DNA of 64,000 nt from Chlorokybus atmophyticus (taxonomy: Eukaryota > Plantae > Mesostigma and Chlorokybus algae): positions 1-64,000 of the forward strand of contig RHPI01001010.1 of the NCBI GenBank assembly GCA_009103225.1, read 5' to 3'. Shown in pieces: positions 21,940-35,893 of the stretch. The number at the start of each line of letters is the position of its first letter. The first letter of the stretch is position 1. A program made the position numbers and the translations under genes. The notes below the pieces were generated by a model. That model saw nothing but the letters and a program-made list of their open reading frames with translations, was not told the DNA's origin and made no database searches.

Positions 21940-24560
21940 CAGCTAAATGGCAGCTGTCTCGAACAACAAATTCAATGATGTCTACAATGTATCTCTGCTA
22001 CCTACTTCTTGCTGCCTCGACCACCCCCACCGCGCCCACCCCGCCCAGCCCGGCTGCCCTTCCCACGGCCCCTCCCGCGCTGTGTGGTTGTGCCTTCCTT
22101 TGCTGGCTCCCTCACCTTGATACTCTTTAGCAACCCAACAGGCCAAAGTAGCAACAAACCCGGCTCGCACTCTGCGCATACATCAACCACACATGAACTC
22201 AGCTGACTTGCACAATGTTGAAGCTGTTCATGCAATCGCATGCACACAAACGCGTTCACCTTTCAAGTGGGTCACTTGCACTCCAACCCCATTACGCTTG
22301 AAGCTGATTGGCAGAGGCACAACCTCTTCCCCTGGTCCGGGACGTCTGGTCTTAGTGATGGGAAGACTGCGGCTGAACTGGACCACCATGTTGCCCTCTC
22401 CAATCTTCTTGCCATGAAACTTGTTGTCAGGATTGATGTCGCTTACGTGCGCCTCCCCTACTGGTTCTTTGCGCCCGCTAATGAACAGTTGGACTTCACT
22501 GCCAACCTTCATCGTCGGTGCGGTGTTGTCCTTGTCGCTCAGCTCATCCTGCGCATGCAAGTGACAAACACATCAAGAGGTACACACATACACAGATGTG
22601 ATCTCTCATACAGCGCTTGCGAAGCGACCTGCCTTCTGCGAGTCGTTGTCGCTGTTGTTGGGGCTGTCCCCCTCGCTGTCCGGGGCGCTGTCCTTGGCGC
22701 CATCTTCACCGCTGTTCTCGCTTCTATCTGTCTCAGGCATTTTTGAATACGTTGGCTCATCCTGCGCGACAAGGTGACACGACGTATTAACAAGCTTACA
22801 ACCGTCACGCAACGAATGCGTGCCTGCTGCAGGTGACAGTTTGTGTGCAGCCAGAAGAACGCAAGAAGCCCATAAGATCAAGTACATGGTGCTTTCATAC
22901 CTCCATTTGCTTGCCGCTCTTCTTCTCCAAAACCGTCTCCTGCTTGCCAGTCGAGTGGCCTGCCTCCTGAGACTTGTACGGAGCCGGTATCGAGCGAACA
23001 GTTTTGTTTGTTTTCTTTTGGGGGGGCTTGACACCTCATCCTCCTGCCAACAGCATGAAGTCAGATGGTGAGCCACAACTCAGTGCATTGCCGCTCTATT
23101 GTCCAATGCTGCGTACCTCACCAGACACTTTGCGCTTCCCTGAGCTGCTGTCACGCACATTAGCACCCTGCTTGGCACGTGCCTGAACACAACAGTCATG
23201 AACGATCATGAACACATGTTTAGCAAAGTACAAGCAGGAGCGGCATCTGACCTGTGAACCAGTAGCAGGAGAACTTGAGGGTTGTGGTGCAGTGCCTTCC
23301 TTGTTACCTATCGCATACACAAGGCACCGATCACAAAAGCCTGCATATACACACAGTACTCCAGCAGCTGCCTGCGCGCGCAAGACGCGGCTCACGCTGC
23401 GAGGTGCCATTTCTGTCGTCGCTGGCGTCGCTGGCGGGATGTGAACGCGTGGGCGCCGTGCAATTACAAGGGGTCATCACACACACCGCACAACCTGCAT
23501 ACATAAGGCACCATCAAACACAAAGCATCGTTCTCAACACGACATTGACAAAGCCAACTTTGTGCAAACTGTAGGTCACCCTCTGAGGTGGCATCCTCGT
23601 CGTCGCTGGCAGATTGCACTTCTTTTTACTTCTTGGGCTTCTTCTTGTTGGCTTTCTATCAAGCACATGGCAAAGGCACTCAAGACATGCACATCGCACG
23701 AACACCTTAGTCACTACATGACACACACCTTGTTGTTCTTGTCGCTAGGCCCTCCCCTGCGCCTTGGCACAAAGCCCCCCGCGAAAGCCTTCTCCATCAT
23801 CTCCTTGTAACGATTCCGACTCTTTTCTTTCTGCTTCTCTTTGTGCTTGGGGTTGCTGTATCCCTTTTTGTTGCCCAGATACTGTTGAATCTTCAAACGC
23901 GCCTACCCACCAATGAAGAAGTTGTGAAGGCCAACACATGCAAAGCAAACTCCTCCCAGCTCAGACAATGCTGCCATATTGCATGACAGCTCATGTAACT
24001 GTGGGAAATTGCCAACCATTTAATAGGAGAGCTCTGAATTCAGCAGATGCCAGCATTTGGTTGCAAGAGCGAACTTGAATGGGTCCTGCTTCGTTTGAGT
24101 CTTCCCCGGCATCATGCGACAGAACTCGTAGCAAATCCGGCCTTTGTCGGCCAGCTTGGTGACCTTGCGACGATCACGGGCATGATGCTTCCCACGCCAA
24201 TGTAGGACCTTCAGTGCCTGCATGATTTACATTGGTGCACTAGTACAACATGGGACAAAACAGACTTCGGCAGCAAGGTCTGACATTGATTGCGGATGCT
24301 TGATGCATAAGCTCACTTTTAAGGAGACCATTGCTGTGGTCTCAGGATCACGCAGGTGAACAGTCGCCTCACTGGTTTCCCACTCATGCTGCAGCTGCTC
24401 AACAGAAGGACCACCAGCATTCTTCCCCCATATCTCTTCGTCCAAATTCTCCCATCCTTCGCTGCAGTTGCTGGACCGCCCACCCGACGTGGTGCCTGAC
24501 ATGATGATGCCCTCCTGTAGATAGATCAAGCTTGCTTTACAAGTCAGTTGCAACCGCAAC
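21940..24560 (-). pseudogene. Spliced TnpA/ORF2-like gene of the CACTA element
   Basis: Exon at 22270-22555 (KVGSEVQLF..VGEAHVSDINPDNKFHGKKIGEGNMVV) resembles the En/Spm TNP1-like C-terminal domain; further basic/acidic exons lie upstream. Confidence 0.5.
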
Positions 24561-24695
24561 CCTAATCAACCTCAAGTCTTGGTTGACTCAAGTGACTGCA
24601 GGTTGTAAGCCATGTGGACTTGCTTGTTGACTTGTCACAGCAAGCAAACCATGTACTTTGCAAAAGAAGTGTCTCTAAGCTGCTTGCACAAAGGC

Positions 24696-25433
24696 GTGCT
24701 TGTGAACTTGTCAAACAGGCACCCAGCAAACCAAACACCCAGTACCTTGTAGAGTAGAAGCTTCTTCAGCTTCTTTCCAGCTGAACACGAGAAAGGTAAG
24801 CCTAACAGCAAGCTAGCAGGCAAATGGCATGTGCATGCACAAACATGTGCTTGTGAACTTGTCAAACAGGCACCCAGCAAGCCAAACACCCAGTACCTTG
24901 TAGAGTAGAAGCTGCTTCAGCTTCTTGCCAGCTGAACACGACAAAGGTAAGCCTAACAGCAAGCTAGCAGGCAAATGGCATGTGCATGCACAAACATGTG
25001 CTTGTTGACTTGTCAAACAGGCACCCAGCAAGCCAAACACCCAGTACCTTGTAGAGTAGAAGCTGCTTCAACTTCTTGCCAGCTGAACACGACAAAGGTA
25101 AGCCTAACAGCAAGCTAGCAGGCAAATGGCACGTGCATGCACAAACATGTGCTTGTGCACTTGTCAAACAGGCACCCAGCAAGCCAAACACCCAGTACCT
25201 TGTAGAGTAGAAACTGCTTCAGCTTCTTGCCAGCTGAACACGACAAAGGTAAGCCTAACAGCAAGCTAGCAGGCAAATGGCAAGTGCATGCACAAACATG
25301 TGCTTGTGAACTTGTCAAACAGGCACACTGCAAGCCAAACACCCAGTACCTTGTAGAGTAGAAGCTGCTTCAGCTTCTTGCCAGCTGAACACGACAAAGG
25401 TAAGCCTAACAGCAAGCTAGCAGGCAAATGGCA
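24696..25433. repeat. Tandem repeat, 151-bp unit, about 4.9 copies
   Basis: Units start at 24696, 24847, 24998, 25149 and 25300; near-identical, no spacers. Confidence 0.95.
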
Positions 25434-26146
25434 GTCCAGAATGCTAGCGGCACAACACCATGCTGTATTTGCTAATTGCAACGAAGTGACCCAGCATGCA
25501 ACCACTAGAAGAGCAGTGCGACAAGACAAGATCCATGTGGGCAGGTGATGCGCGTGCATGCATGCTTGTCTAACGGGGTTTGGGCTAGTAGTGAAGTTAG
25601 GTAGGTAGTAAGTAGGAAGAGCACCCGGTGGTGAATGTAAGTGTTGTGTGGAGTTGTGTGTGGTGTGCAATGCATGCCTCACATTGTGATACATGCCACA
25701 ATCTCTGCATCCTATATATTGTACAGCTGACAACGCTCGCTCACCTCGCCACAGCGCCGCCGCCGCCAACACAACCAGCAAGTACGCCGGTGCTGTGGGA
25801 CAATTAGTGCAATTCCCGGTGCGGAAATCCCTGCAATCAATGGAATGCAGTGATCGTTCGGAAAATCCACATCAGCAATTGTGCTGGTCGGACACCAGTC
25901 GCGTCTCCGCTTGCTCCGACCGCAATAGGCCGCAAGCGCAATTGCCGTGGAAATTGCCTTCTGTCGAAACTTTGATTGCCAAATGAACTCTATGTTTATT
26001 GGTCCATACAAACCAAGCGAAATTACATTCTCTATTTCCGATGAAATCGTCCATATCCGAGGACGGTGTCTGTGTGGCTTACCCCAAACTATAAGTAACC
26101 CTAACCCAAACATCCAATGCATGCTGGTAATTGTGCTGCAACAATG

Positions 26147-27128
26147 GACCCCCCTGTACCCATGCGCACCATGAATGAGGCTCTAACGCAGGCGCTCCTC
26201 GCAGTCGGGCGGCGATTAGTGGCACTAGGTCAGGTCTTGACGCAACCGTGGAACGGCTATGTGGACTCTAACGATGCTCGCTATCATCAGGTATCTTTCT
26301 CGCTATTCATGGTGTGAGTTGCGTGCGCTATGCCACTCTGCATGCTGCTGACTATGCATGCCACTATGCATGTGCCATAATGTTGCGCATTGTGTGTACA
26401 TGCGTATGCCTTGTGTGCGATTTGGGTTGAGTTTGCCTGTGTAGTGTATATAAGGGGTATGGTACGGTGGCAGCATGCATGGTGTGGACAATGGGAATGG
26501 CATGCATCAGCACAAGCATACACACGCTTTACACATCAAATGTGCATATGTTTGTCCTGCTATGATAGGAACGCCTATATATATGCACAGCTCTGATTGC
26601 TACCATGCAACACCCTTGCGCGTTACATGCCGTGCATGTCATGCCATGCTACTGCCTGAATGCGTTTCCAGTTCATGTCCATAACAATAGAGGCGCTGCC
26701 TATGCATTTGCATCAACTTCTGGCGCACGTTTATGAATGAATGCGATGCAACATGCGAGTTAACCTGTTGTTAACTTGTTTGTCAGGTCCAGTTATGCAA
26801 TTGGGAGCTTTGAACTCGTGGAATTGTTCATCAGGCACCCATTGCGATTGCAGCTACTGTACAAACCGGTGTGTATGTGGCAGTCTCCGTGCATGAGAAC
26901 ACTCCCTCGCCTCCTGATGCGCCTCTTCCTACTCGCACTATCATTGACTCGGGCACCTATGGCGCTGCTGGCCTGCGCATTGTGATCGAGTGCGACAACA
27001 ATATTGCTGCACGCTGGAGTGTGTTTACAGGCTCCCAAGTCCCTGCACCTGGTGCAACGCCCGGTACCAGTCTCACACCAACTTGTAATGGAGTTTTCCC
27101 TACTCGCGACCCTCCTGTGTGGGGTTGA
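26147..27128 (+). pseudogene. Possible second spliced gene inside the CACTA element
   Basis: Exon-like blocks MDPPVPMRT..DARYHQ|gt and ag|VQLCNWEL*TRG..PPVWG*. Confidence 0.3.
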
Positions 27129-30100
27129 ATATTCACTCACAGCTAGGAGTTAGTGCAAAACGTAGTGCTTGGTTTTGGAATGGTGTTAAAAATTCACTCA
27201 AAGCTAGGACTTGGTGTGAATCGTATTGCGTAGTTTCAGATTGGTGTTGAATGTTCACTCACATCTGTGGCATGAAACTGATGAAGGTTATGAATATACA
27301 TGTGTGACAAGCTGATCAATTGATTATTCACGGGCAGTTGGGACTTGGTGAGTTTAAGCTGTCTGTTATAGCCACAAGCTTATGCCCCTTCATGAATGTT
27401 CAGGCAATGTATAGCTGAATACTTAGCAGAGCACATGCTGTGTCCATTCACAATTGCATGCCCTTGAACATTCAATCGATTTCAACTGAATATACGAGGT
27501 ATATGGGTTTTGAAAGGTGGCATTGATTTATCGTGTGGATATTCACGCGATTTATAGGTGAATGTCGCAATTTCGTTTTGGCAGGGATTGCACAGAATGT
27601 ACGAAAACACTTGAATATTCACTCGATACAAAGCTGAAACGGTAAATCCAACGAATATTCAGTGCGTTTGCCATGAATTTTCATATATTCGGGGGTCTCA
27701 TAATTACCTGTGCACCATGAGGGTTGGGGTCATCTTTTGCTTTTGCTACGCGTTACACAGATGGCGCAGCAGCATGTCCAGCAAGCATGGCTGTCCATGC
27801 AGCTGTCCGAGACAGCGTGACCCTCGACTCCCCTCGACCCGGCAGCTTGCTCCCTCGCAAGTGAGCACACGAGTGTCTCAAACCCCTCGGCCTTTTGCGC
27901 CGCCGTGCCCATGGCGTTGTTGAATGTAGCCTTCCATGCGGTGTTCAACTCATCGAGCGATGGCTTGGTCAACGGTGCCGCCTTCATGGGGTCATGAGCC
28001 GCTCCCTCCAGCGTCCCTCCACTCAAGCTCATGCTCATGAATTGAGCGGCGAAGATGCCTTGAGCCACATTGCTAGAGTTGGAGCTAGCTTTTGCCATAG
28101 TGCCCTTGCACACATAAAATCAATGAGTGCCCTCCAAGCAACTCTAGATAGGCCCACAAAAGGTTCCCCACAATTTTAGCCTTGGCTCGAGCTACCAATG
28201 TAACGCGGGGCTTGGCCGATTAGGCCATGGTAGCAAAAGTCGCTAGCATGAGAGGTTGTGTCAGACTGCATGATCTAATATGCAGGCAGCTACCACGCAG
28301 TGATAGGATGAACTCATCTATTTATACCGTTCCAGCATACAGTGCTGTAATAACAATTATGGTTACCCGTAAAGCGGCCATCCCATTAATTTTAAAAACC
28401 CGGCTTGTTAATGCTTCATAAGCCTTTCTTCCTAAGTTAGCCTATTCCACATTAACCGGCATTACATTGTGGATTCTACATTGTTCCATAAAAGGTGCAT
28501 GTGTAATGCTTCTGCTTTGGGCATACGTGCATGTAGGCTACGATAAGCATGTTTTAATTTAATTTATTGCAAAGTCTGTTGTGAATTTATTAAGGGTCTG
28601 TTGGGTGTATTTTACGAGTGCTGTCTTGAAATGTAAGTAGAGTTAATGCTTTTTTGGAGTGTTACATGCAGTCAATGCGATCCTGCTATCATGCGCATAC
28701 CAATTCTTTGCAATACAATAGCAATTCACATTAAGTATTGACACATAAAGTTAATGCAACATCGCGCAAACAACGGGACACATAAATGCTGGTTGATGCC
28801 AGCAATGGTGTTGTCTGTGTTTGATCAGCATAAGTATAAATACACATACAATACGTGCACAATCTCTCTTAACCAGTCATGCGGAGGTGACAAATTTAGC
28901 TGCTACATAAAGCGCTGGTTGATGGCAGCAATGGTTATTGTAACGCTGTCGTTGCAACAACGTTGATGGTATCATGGATGTGTGGCCCATCATAATAACC
29001 ATCCATAAAAAGGGAGATATGATGTAGGACATATGATGTGCGGCACCTCAGGTGCCGAATGTGGGTTATAAATGTTGTAAACTTTAACTCGAAGTTGAGA
29101 TACCGTGTGAATAGTTACTTAGTTACACTGGTGTGCAAAACGCCATTTTCGAGCATATTGGTTTTGGCACTCATGGAGGCTACCGTTCTGATCATATGGA
29201 GGCGCTCCAATCAATTGCTCAACATTATAGCCGCCACGTGTAAAAAACCATATGGAAGAGGTTCCTACAACTATCTCTTCACACTGCGTCATTCTGGGCT
29301 ACCCAGTGCGGATGGCTTGGGACTATAGCGGTTGTGGAAGTTTGTCGGGACGTGTTGCCAATGCAGCGCGGTTATATTTCCATTAAACGCGAGAGTACAC
29401 GCTAAAGAAGATCCGTGGACGAGGCACACACTGAGTTAAAAGCCGGCCCTAGCATGTTGTGCACATTGGTGAGACATTGGTTTAATAGTTTCTGCATGCT
29501 GATGCTTTGGGGGTAGCTGAGATAAGCATAATAGATAGCTTGGTGTTATTGCACATCACCAGCGTCCATCTTTGTTGAACGGCCCGTGTGTTTCTTTTCA
29601 AAAACACACAAAAATATTATCTGTGCAGAATGCAAAATGCATGAAATGTGATTGACCACTACTTGCGAATTGGATTTCATGTTTCATTTGGGCAAGGCCG
29701 CAGCAGCCGGTGGTACACCCTGCGCTCTCGTTTTGTGTTTATGTGTATGGGGAATGCCAGATATATCATTGCAAAGTGCTAATTAAGACATTACCCAAGT
29801 AATGGAGTAACTCGCTTGAAGCTTGATATGAATCACTGTATAGTTTATGATATTTATCATCGTTGAAATGAAACCAAGCTATGTTTTGCATATTTTGGTA
29901 GAGTATGTAATCAATACTTGATGACTATGTAGTATTTAACACTTTTTTAATTGATTATGATTAACATGAATAACAATGACATCAACTCAATTGCATGTCC
30001 ATTTTGTTAAAATAAGGCTGATGTACATATGGGTTTAACAATAAGTGTCATGTTTTAATGACAATAATAAGCCTCTGATTTATCCTCTTGTTTTTTATTC

Positions 30101-30651
30101 CAAGTTTAAAATGGCTTGTGTACAACTTTTCTTGCTCCACTGTAAGGTTGTACATCAGCATACGGGCCTTCTATAAGAGGTAATTGCAATCATGTTATTA
30201 TATTATCATGTGCATTGCCACATAATGCTCAACTTTCTCATTTTAAACTCTATCATAACTTGCGAAACGCTTACGGAAAGCACGCAATTCTTATATAATA
30301 TAAGCTCGATGCATGAAATACTGTACTTATATGGCAACAAACCAATAACTTGGGTTCATCACGAAAGAGTTAAGATCAAATCGTACTCACAGCTTGCTCT
30401 TCCTCAAGCATTCAAAGTTTTGCATGAGTTGCAACTTTTACGTTAAACAATCACATGTATGTATGACACTCGTGTTGTTGTCTTCCATTAAACAGCTTAG
30501 ATGTGAGCATGCTCAAACAAGTGTTGCTTGCAATGCACCAGATGCGATGCTTTCAAAATTGATAGTATGGTAGCATGCCCTATCGAAGTTAAAAACCACA
30601 TATGGCCACGCTGGTGCTTGAGCCTTCCTTATGTACCACCCCTTCTAGCCC

Positions 30652-30705
30652 TAACCCTCATCCTCGTAACCCCTCTTTCAAGAGGGGTTACGAGGATGAG
30701 GGTTA
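30652..30705. repeat. Perfect palindrome, 26-bp arms, 2-nt spacer
   Basis: TAACCCTCATCCTCGTAACCCCTCTT-TC-AAGAGGGGTTACGAGGATGAGGGTTA. Confidence 0.9.
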
Positions 30706-31899
30706 AGTTGTAGCTACACTAGCCTGCGCTACCTTGCGCTAGCTAAGCTTACATGCGCTATTAACATTATGATGCAAGCATGACAATGATTGCGATGCAA
30801 TCCAATGGTAGGGCCTTCCTTCTGTACCACCCCCTGACGTGGTTGTGGTAATTCCACATCAAGACACGTTGCAAGGAGGAGGTTGAATGAAAATAAGTGA
30901 TAATAAACTATGTCAATGCAATAAACGTTGACACTTGCGCTTGCTACCCAGTACCATATTTACTCTGATACAGCCCGCCCTTTATTGACAGCCCCCCACC
31001 CTGTTTTGCTAAGGGGGCCTTCAATCAGAGTTTATGGAAATTTGCATTCAAACAATTGCATCTTATATGCATGTGCTTTGGACGGCCGAGATTTGGATCT
31101 ACAAAGTAGATCCAAAGGCTTGAGGCTACCAGTCGCATGCCTTGGACATTGGATGCCGCGCAACCCGGCAGTTGTCTGAGATGGCCTGTGTGATGTACAT
31201 CATGTGTTTGAACGTACCTGAAAATGCTGGCCAGAAAATGCCCGCCCATCAGCCGCACCCTAGTTAATATCAGCGCATCATTTCCCCCCCAATCAGTTTA
31301 CAGCAGGTGCAGATATATATGTACACCGATAAACCGATACACGCGTTTGTCTGTGAGTGACACGGTGACGTCGCCTCCCAGGCAGGGAGGGATCAACTTG
31401 TCAACTTTTATGAACATATAATTACACATGCAAGACATGCGCTCTCTCTCTTTCATGCCGTGCATGATAGTATCCACTGTTACATGTATTCATAAAAGCT
31501 TCAGCCACTCTTACGGGGCTTAGCCAGCAGCCGTGTCGTCGTTACAATAATCAAGAATGGAAGAAAGAAAGAAACACAAACAGAATGCATCGGCGCTAGT
31601 GGCGAACAGCCCTGAAGTTGTTTCCTTTCCTTCCTAACCCTCTACTTCGTGACGAAGTCTTCGTCATATTCTTCTCATTTGCAATGCTTGCCAAGCTTGA
31701 CTTTGGCTTGGGATTATTGTATTATTGTATTTCTCTCTTTTGCTGCCAGCTTGCTTGCTTGCCTCAGCGAGTGGGTTGGTCACTCAGGCAAGAGCCCCTT
31801 GTATTAAGCTTACAGGTTCACACACACATTCCAGCAGCAGCAGCAGCCTCCTTTCCTCCTCACTCTCTGCCTGTTGCAGACTTTGGGGCCTTTGCACAG

Positions 31900-32027
31900 G
31901 GTTGAGATGGGTCCGCAGACTCTCCAGCAGTTCCTGCGAATGGGAGACAGGGCGCAGGTGGTAGACGCCCTATGCAAGGTCAGCGAGAGATGCAGCTATG
32001 CAGCCCTGGCTCGCATGCATGCATGTG

Positions 32028-32099
<72 letters not shown>

Positions 32100-32614
32100 N
32101 NNNNNNNNNNNNNNNNNNNNNNNNNNNNNNNNNNNNNNNNNNNNNNNNNNNNNNNNNNNNNNNNNNNNNNNNNNNNNNNNNNNNNNNNNNNNNNNNNNNN
32201 NNNNNNNNNNNNNNNNNNNNNNNNNNNNNNNNNNNNNNNNNNNNNNNNNNNNNNNNNNNNNNNNNNNNNNNNNNNNNNNNNNNNNNNNNNNNNNNNNNNN
32301 NNNNNNNNNNNNNNNNNNNNNNNNNNNNNNNNNNNNNNNNNNNNNNNNNNNNNNNNNNNNNNNNNNNNNNNNNNNNNNNNNNNNNNNNNNNNNNNNNNNN
32401 NNNNNNNNNNNNNNNNNNNNNNNNNNNNNNNNNNNNNNNNNNNNNNNNNNNNNNNNNNNNNNNNNNNNNNNNNNNNNNNNNNNNNNNNNNNNNNNNNNNN
32501 NNNNNNNNNNNNNNNNNNNNNNNNNNNNNNNNNNNNNNNNNNNNNNNNNNNNNNNNNNNNNNNNNNNNNNNNNNNNNNNNNNNNNNNNNNNNNNNNNNNN
32601 NNNNNNNNNNNNNN

Positions 32615-32663
<49 letters not shown>

Positions 32664-33401
32664 ACAGTGGAACGCATAGCGGGACGATCTCTATTGCAAT
32701 CCCCTGCCCCATCTGAATATTAACCCCTCCGCTACGCCGCCCTCAAAGTCGTCTCCTTCTTCAGTTCACAAAGTTGCCATGCTCGTCACGAAACCCAACT
32801 CGAGCTCCAGCAATGAACCCGTCATGCTCAACCAGGCCGACGTACAGTTCAACTTGAGCAAAGCATACAGGATGAAGCAGCTGCGTCCAACGGATGTAAG
32901 TTGTTTAAGATGGTTGCAGTTATGAAAGGTTGACTATAGGCACTGCGCATTGTACCTAGAAACCATTTCCAAGATGGTCTGATTGGGATTATAGCGCGCA
33001 CACACACACACAAGCGCAGCATGAGGCGCTTCGCCGCGACGTGATAAAGTACGGCGAGCTCTCCGAGTTGACATACGAGTCTCTGATTACTTTGGATCCC
33101 AGCAGCCCCCACTTTGGCGAATCCGTCCTCGAGGAAGGCGTCGAGCTTTCGCACAGCGTGTACGAGAAGTATCACCTGCTCGGGCCAGACTCACGCAAGT
33201 ACAAGGTGCGATGCAGTAGTGGTGTGTGTCCATCTCCGTGTCCGCGTGCATGATAGGAAAGGTAGGTTGTACTCAAGATCAACTGCTGCGTGTGATAGAG
33301 GATGTTGCGTGTGATCCAAGCGTGTTGAGTATGTTGGTGTGCGTGCGGTTGTCGAGTCACGTCGTGTGATGCATTCCTTCCATGTGTTCACGTCGATGCC
33401 G

Positions 33402-33432
<31 letters not shown>

Positions 33433-35390
33433 GTCCACCACTCACTAGATAATCTCCTTGTCCTCCCGCCCGCAGGTGGTAAAGAAGCTGTACGCCGATT
33501 CGGGTTTCTATGCTCTGATTGATGATCGCTCCAACAACGACGACGACGTGGATGGGGAGGTGTTGCGGCGCAAGAACTGCGTGGGCTACCTTGCGATAGA
33601 GGTTGTGGATACACGCGACGGCAACGACACTCAGCGCAGCCCCGTGGATGTGGCTGTGGTCGGCGAGGCACCATCAAACCACAAGAGTGGGTACAAGACG
33701 CCAAAGCCCTGCAGGTACATACATATATGATCATGAACACACCTACGCCCATGCACTCGTGCTCGCAACACGAGCAGCAACATTGCGTATTCTGCACGCT
33801 GCATGCCTTTTTGTTTTTTTCCTGAAATATATCTACATAGGGTCGCAGTCAGGCTGCGGCATGTTATGCTCTTCTCATGATCGCATGATAGGTGGCTTGG
33901 GCTGGAGGTAAGCCTCTTGCCTCCAAGCCCCGCACGCGTCTAACCCTCGACCCGCTCCGCGTGCTCAGGACGAGCACCTCCATCTCCACTTTCTTGGCCA
34001 TCGCTCTTATCAAACTGAGCCCAGACCTCATTGACCTCCCAGGCAACATCCTCCAGGTAAGGAGTTTGTATCAGTCATTCATTCATCTCAGTGTCATGTA
34101 ATACTATGTATCTGAGACTGTGCTGTGTGTGTGCGCGCGCGCGTGTGTGTGCGTGTGTGTGTGTAGGGGCTTGCCAACACCGTCGGAGAGATTGCCGCTC
34201 GTGGCTTGACCAACCTTCATGCTCCTGAGTTGCTGGCATCCTTCTTCAGGTGGTTTCCCGACGTTGTTGTTGACACATTCACCATCTTTCCTTACCTCAT
34301 TGTTCGCGGTGCGGCCAATTTCGCCACAACAAGCTGGGGTGTCACACTCGCTATCTCCATCGCTGTTGGTGTTGTGTCCGGCGTGCGGTCGGTGCTTGTT
34401 AATGGCTCAAAGGAGGATGTGTTGGACCCAAAGAAGAGAGCAAAAAGGGAGATACTCATCGATGATATAAGCAAGTGACCACAGGTGCTGGTTGAGTGGG
34501 TTGGGTTTGGTATCGTCACCATCGTGCGGACGCAGCTCAGAGATGACGTCTGCGTGGAGTACGGTCAGTGTGTGTGTGTCTCTCTCTCACTCTCTCTCTC
34601 GCTCTCACTCTCATTATGCCAAGGTGAGGTATACTATCTATGTATCAATGTTGTTTTGTCAACTGTACAGGATTCAAGGAGATGTATGTTGAAGGCGACG
34701 AGAGCGTCCTGCTGCTCGAGGACGCAGAAGGCAACTTTGTCGGTCCTCCGCAGCTGCAGGTTCACAGGATACTGCATCACCTCGTCATGGAGGAGGTCAG
34801 TTACTCTCAACCACAGCTGTGTCTCAAACACCCTGTCTCACATACTCTGTCTCTTGCACATACAACAAACACACTTCACTGGTCACTTTTTCCAACATAC
34901 ATATGCACAGGGAGTTTGCATCGGCACCGTCACCACCACAGGGCACAGCCTGGGGGGTGCGCTGGCATCCCTCAGCGCCTTTGACCTCAACAACGCATTG
35001 ACAGGCAAGTGATACAAATAACCAAAAACAAGCATCATCCGTTGTTGTTGCTTGACACAACATGCATTCATGTCCACCAACGACACTCTCTCACACACAA
35101 AACACAGGTACCCCTAAGTCCAAGTCTGCACTGGAGCACGTTGTCTCGAGCGTGGAAGACATCATCATCAAACCAGTAGTCAACAAGCTTAAGCTACTAC
35201 TACTCAAAAATCGCTCTGCTGCCCAACTCAAGAGATATAAAGACAAGTATCACCACATTGCTGTGGAGCTCGCCACCATCAGTAAAGATCTGCAGCAACA
35301 CTTTGGCGCAAACCCACCCACGGTCACCGCCGTCACGTTTGCGAGCCCGCGAGTGGGAAACGCACAATACGCGGCGGCCTTTGGACCCGA
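31900..35390 (+). CDS. Class-3 lipase / DAD1-like phospholipase A1, 5' part (multi-exon)
   Basis: Exons LRRDVIKYGELSELTYE, VVKKLYADS..CVGYLAI, VEYGFKEMY, TTTGHSLGGALASLSAFD (GHSLG at 34941), VTFASPRVGN; one likely GC-AG intron (ACAG|GCAAGT). Confidence 0.85.
32029..32659. repeat. (CT)n microsatellite spanning a 515-N gap
   Basis: Direct reading; Ns at 32100-32614. Confidence 0.95.
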
Positions 35391-35496
35391 GTAAGTGTGA
35401 AATGAGTTACTTCATTCCATCCCCCTTATGACATGCTCTCACGCGCCTTTGTGCTGGGCTGATTTACTTGAACGATACAATAATTAAACTGTGTGT

Positions 35497-35893
<397 letters not shown>

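Larger units (their letters stand above)
21184..27712. mobile_element. CACTA/CMC-like DNA transposon (6,529 bp, apparently non-autonomous)
   Basis: Imperfect TIRs of about 55 bp starting CACCGGTAATT / CACAGGTAATT; 3-bp TSD CAC (21181-83, 27713-15) confirmed by the empty site at 20354-56; many TATTCAC subterminal motifs at both ends. Confidence 0.85.

Noticed and set aside
24696-25433. Possible CRISPR-like array or repeated peptide gene
   Set aside because: Units are contiguous with no unique spacers, 151 is not a multiple of 3, and there are no cas genes.
21186-27710. hAT interpretation with 8-bp TSD (TGTCACCA)
   Set aside because: The two sides do not match exactly; CAC termini with a 3-bp CAC TSD fit the empty site perfectly.
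28300-30600. AT-rich region with short peptide-like stretches, possibly an old transposase
   Set aside because: No diagnostic motif could be established; too many stops.
31874-32723. Long ORFs of LSLS/ERER plus X
   Set aside because: Translations of a (CT)n microsatellite and an N gap.
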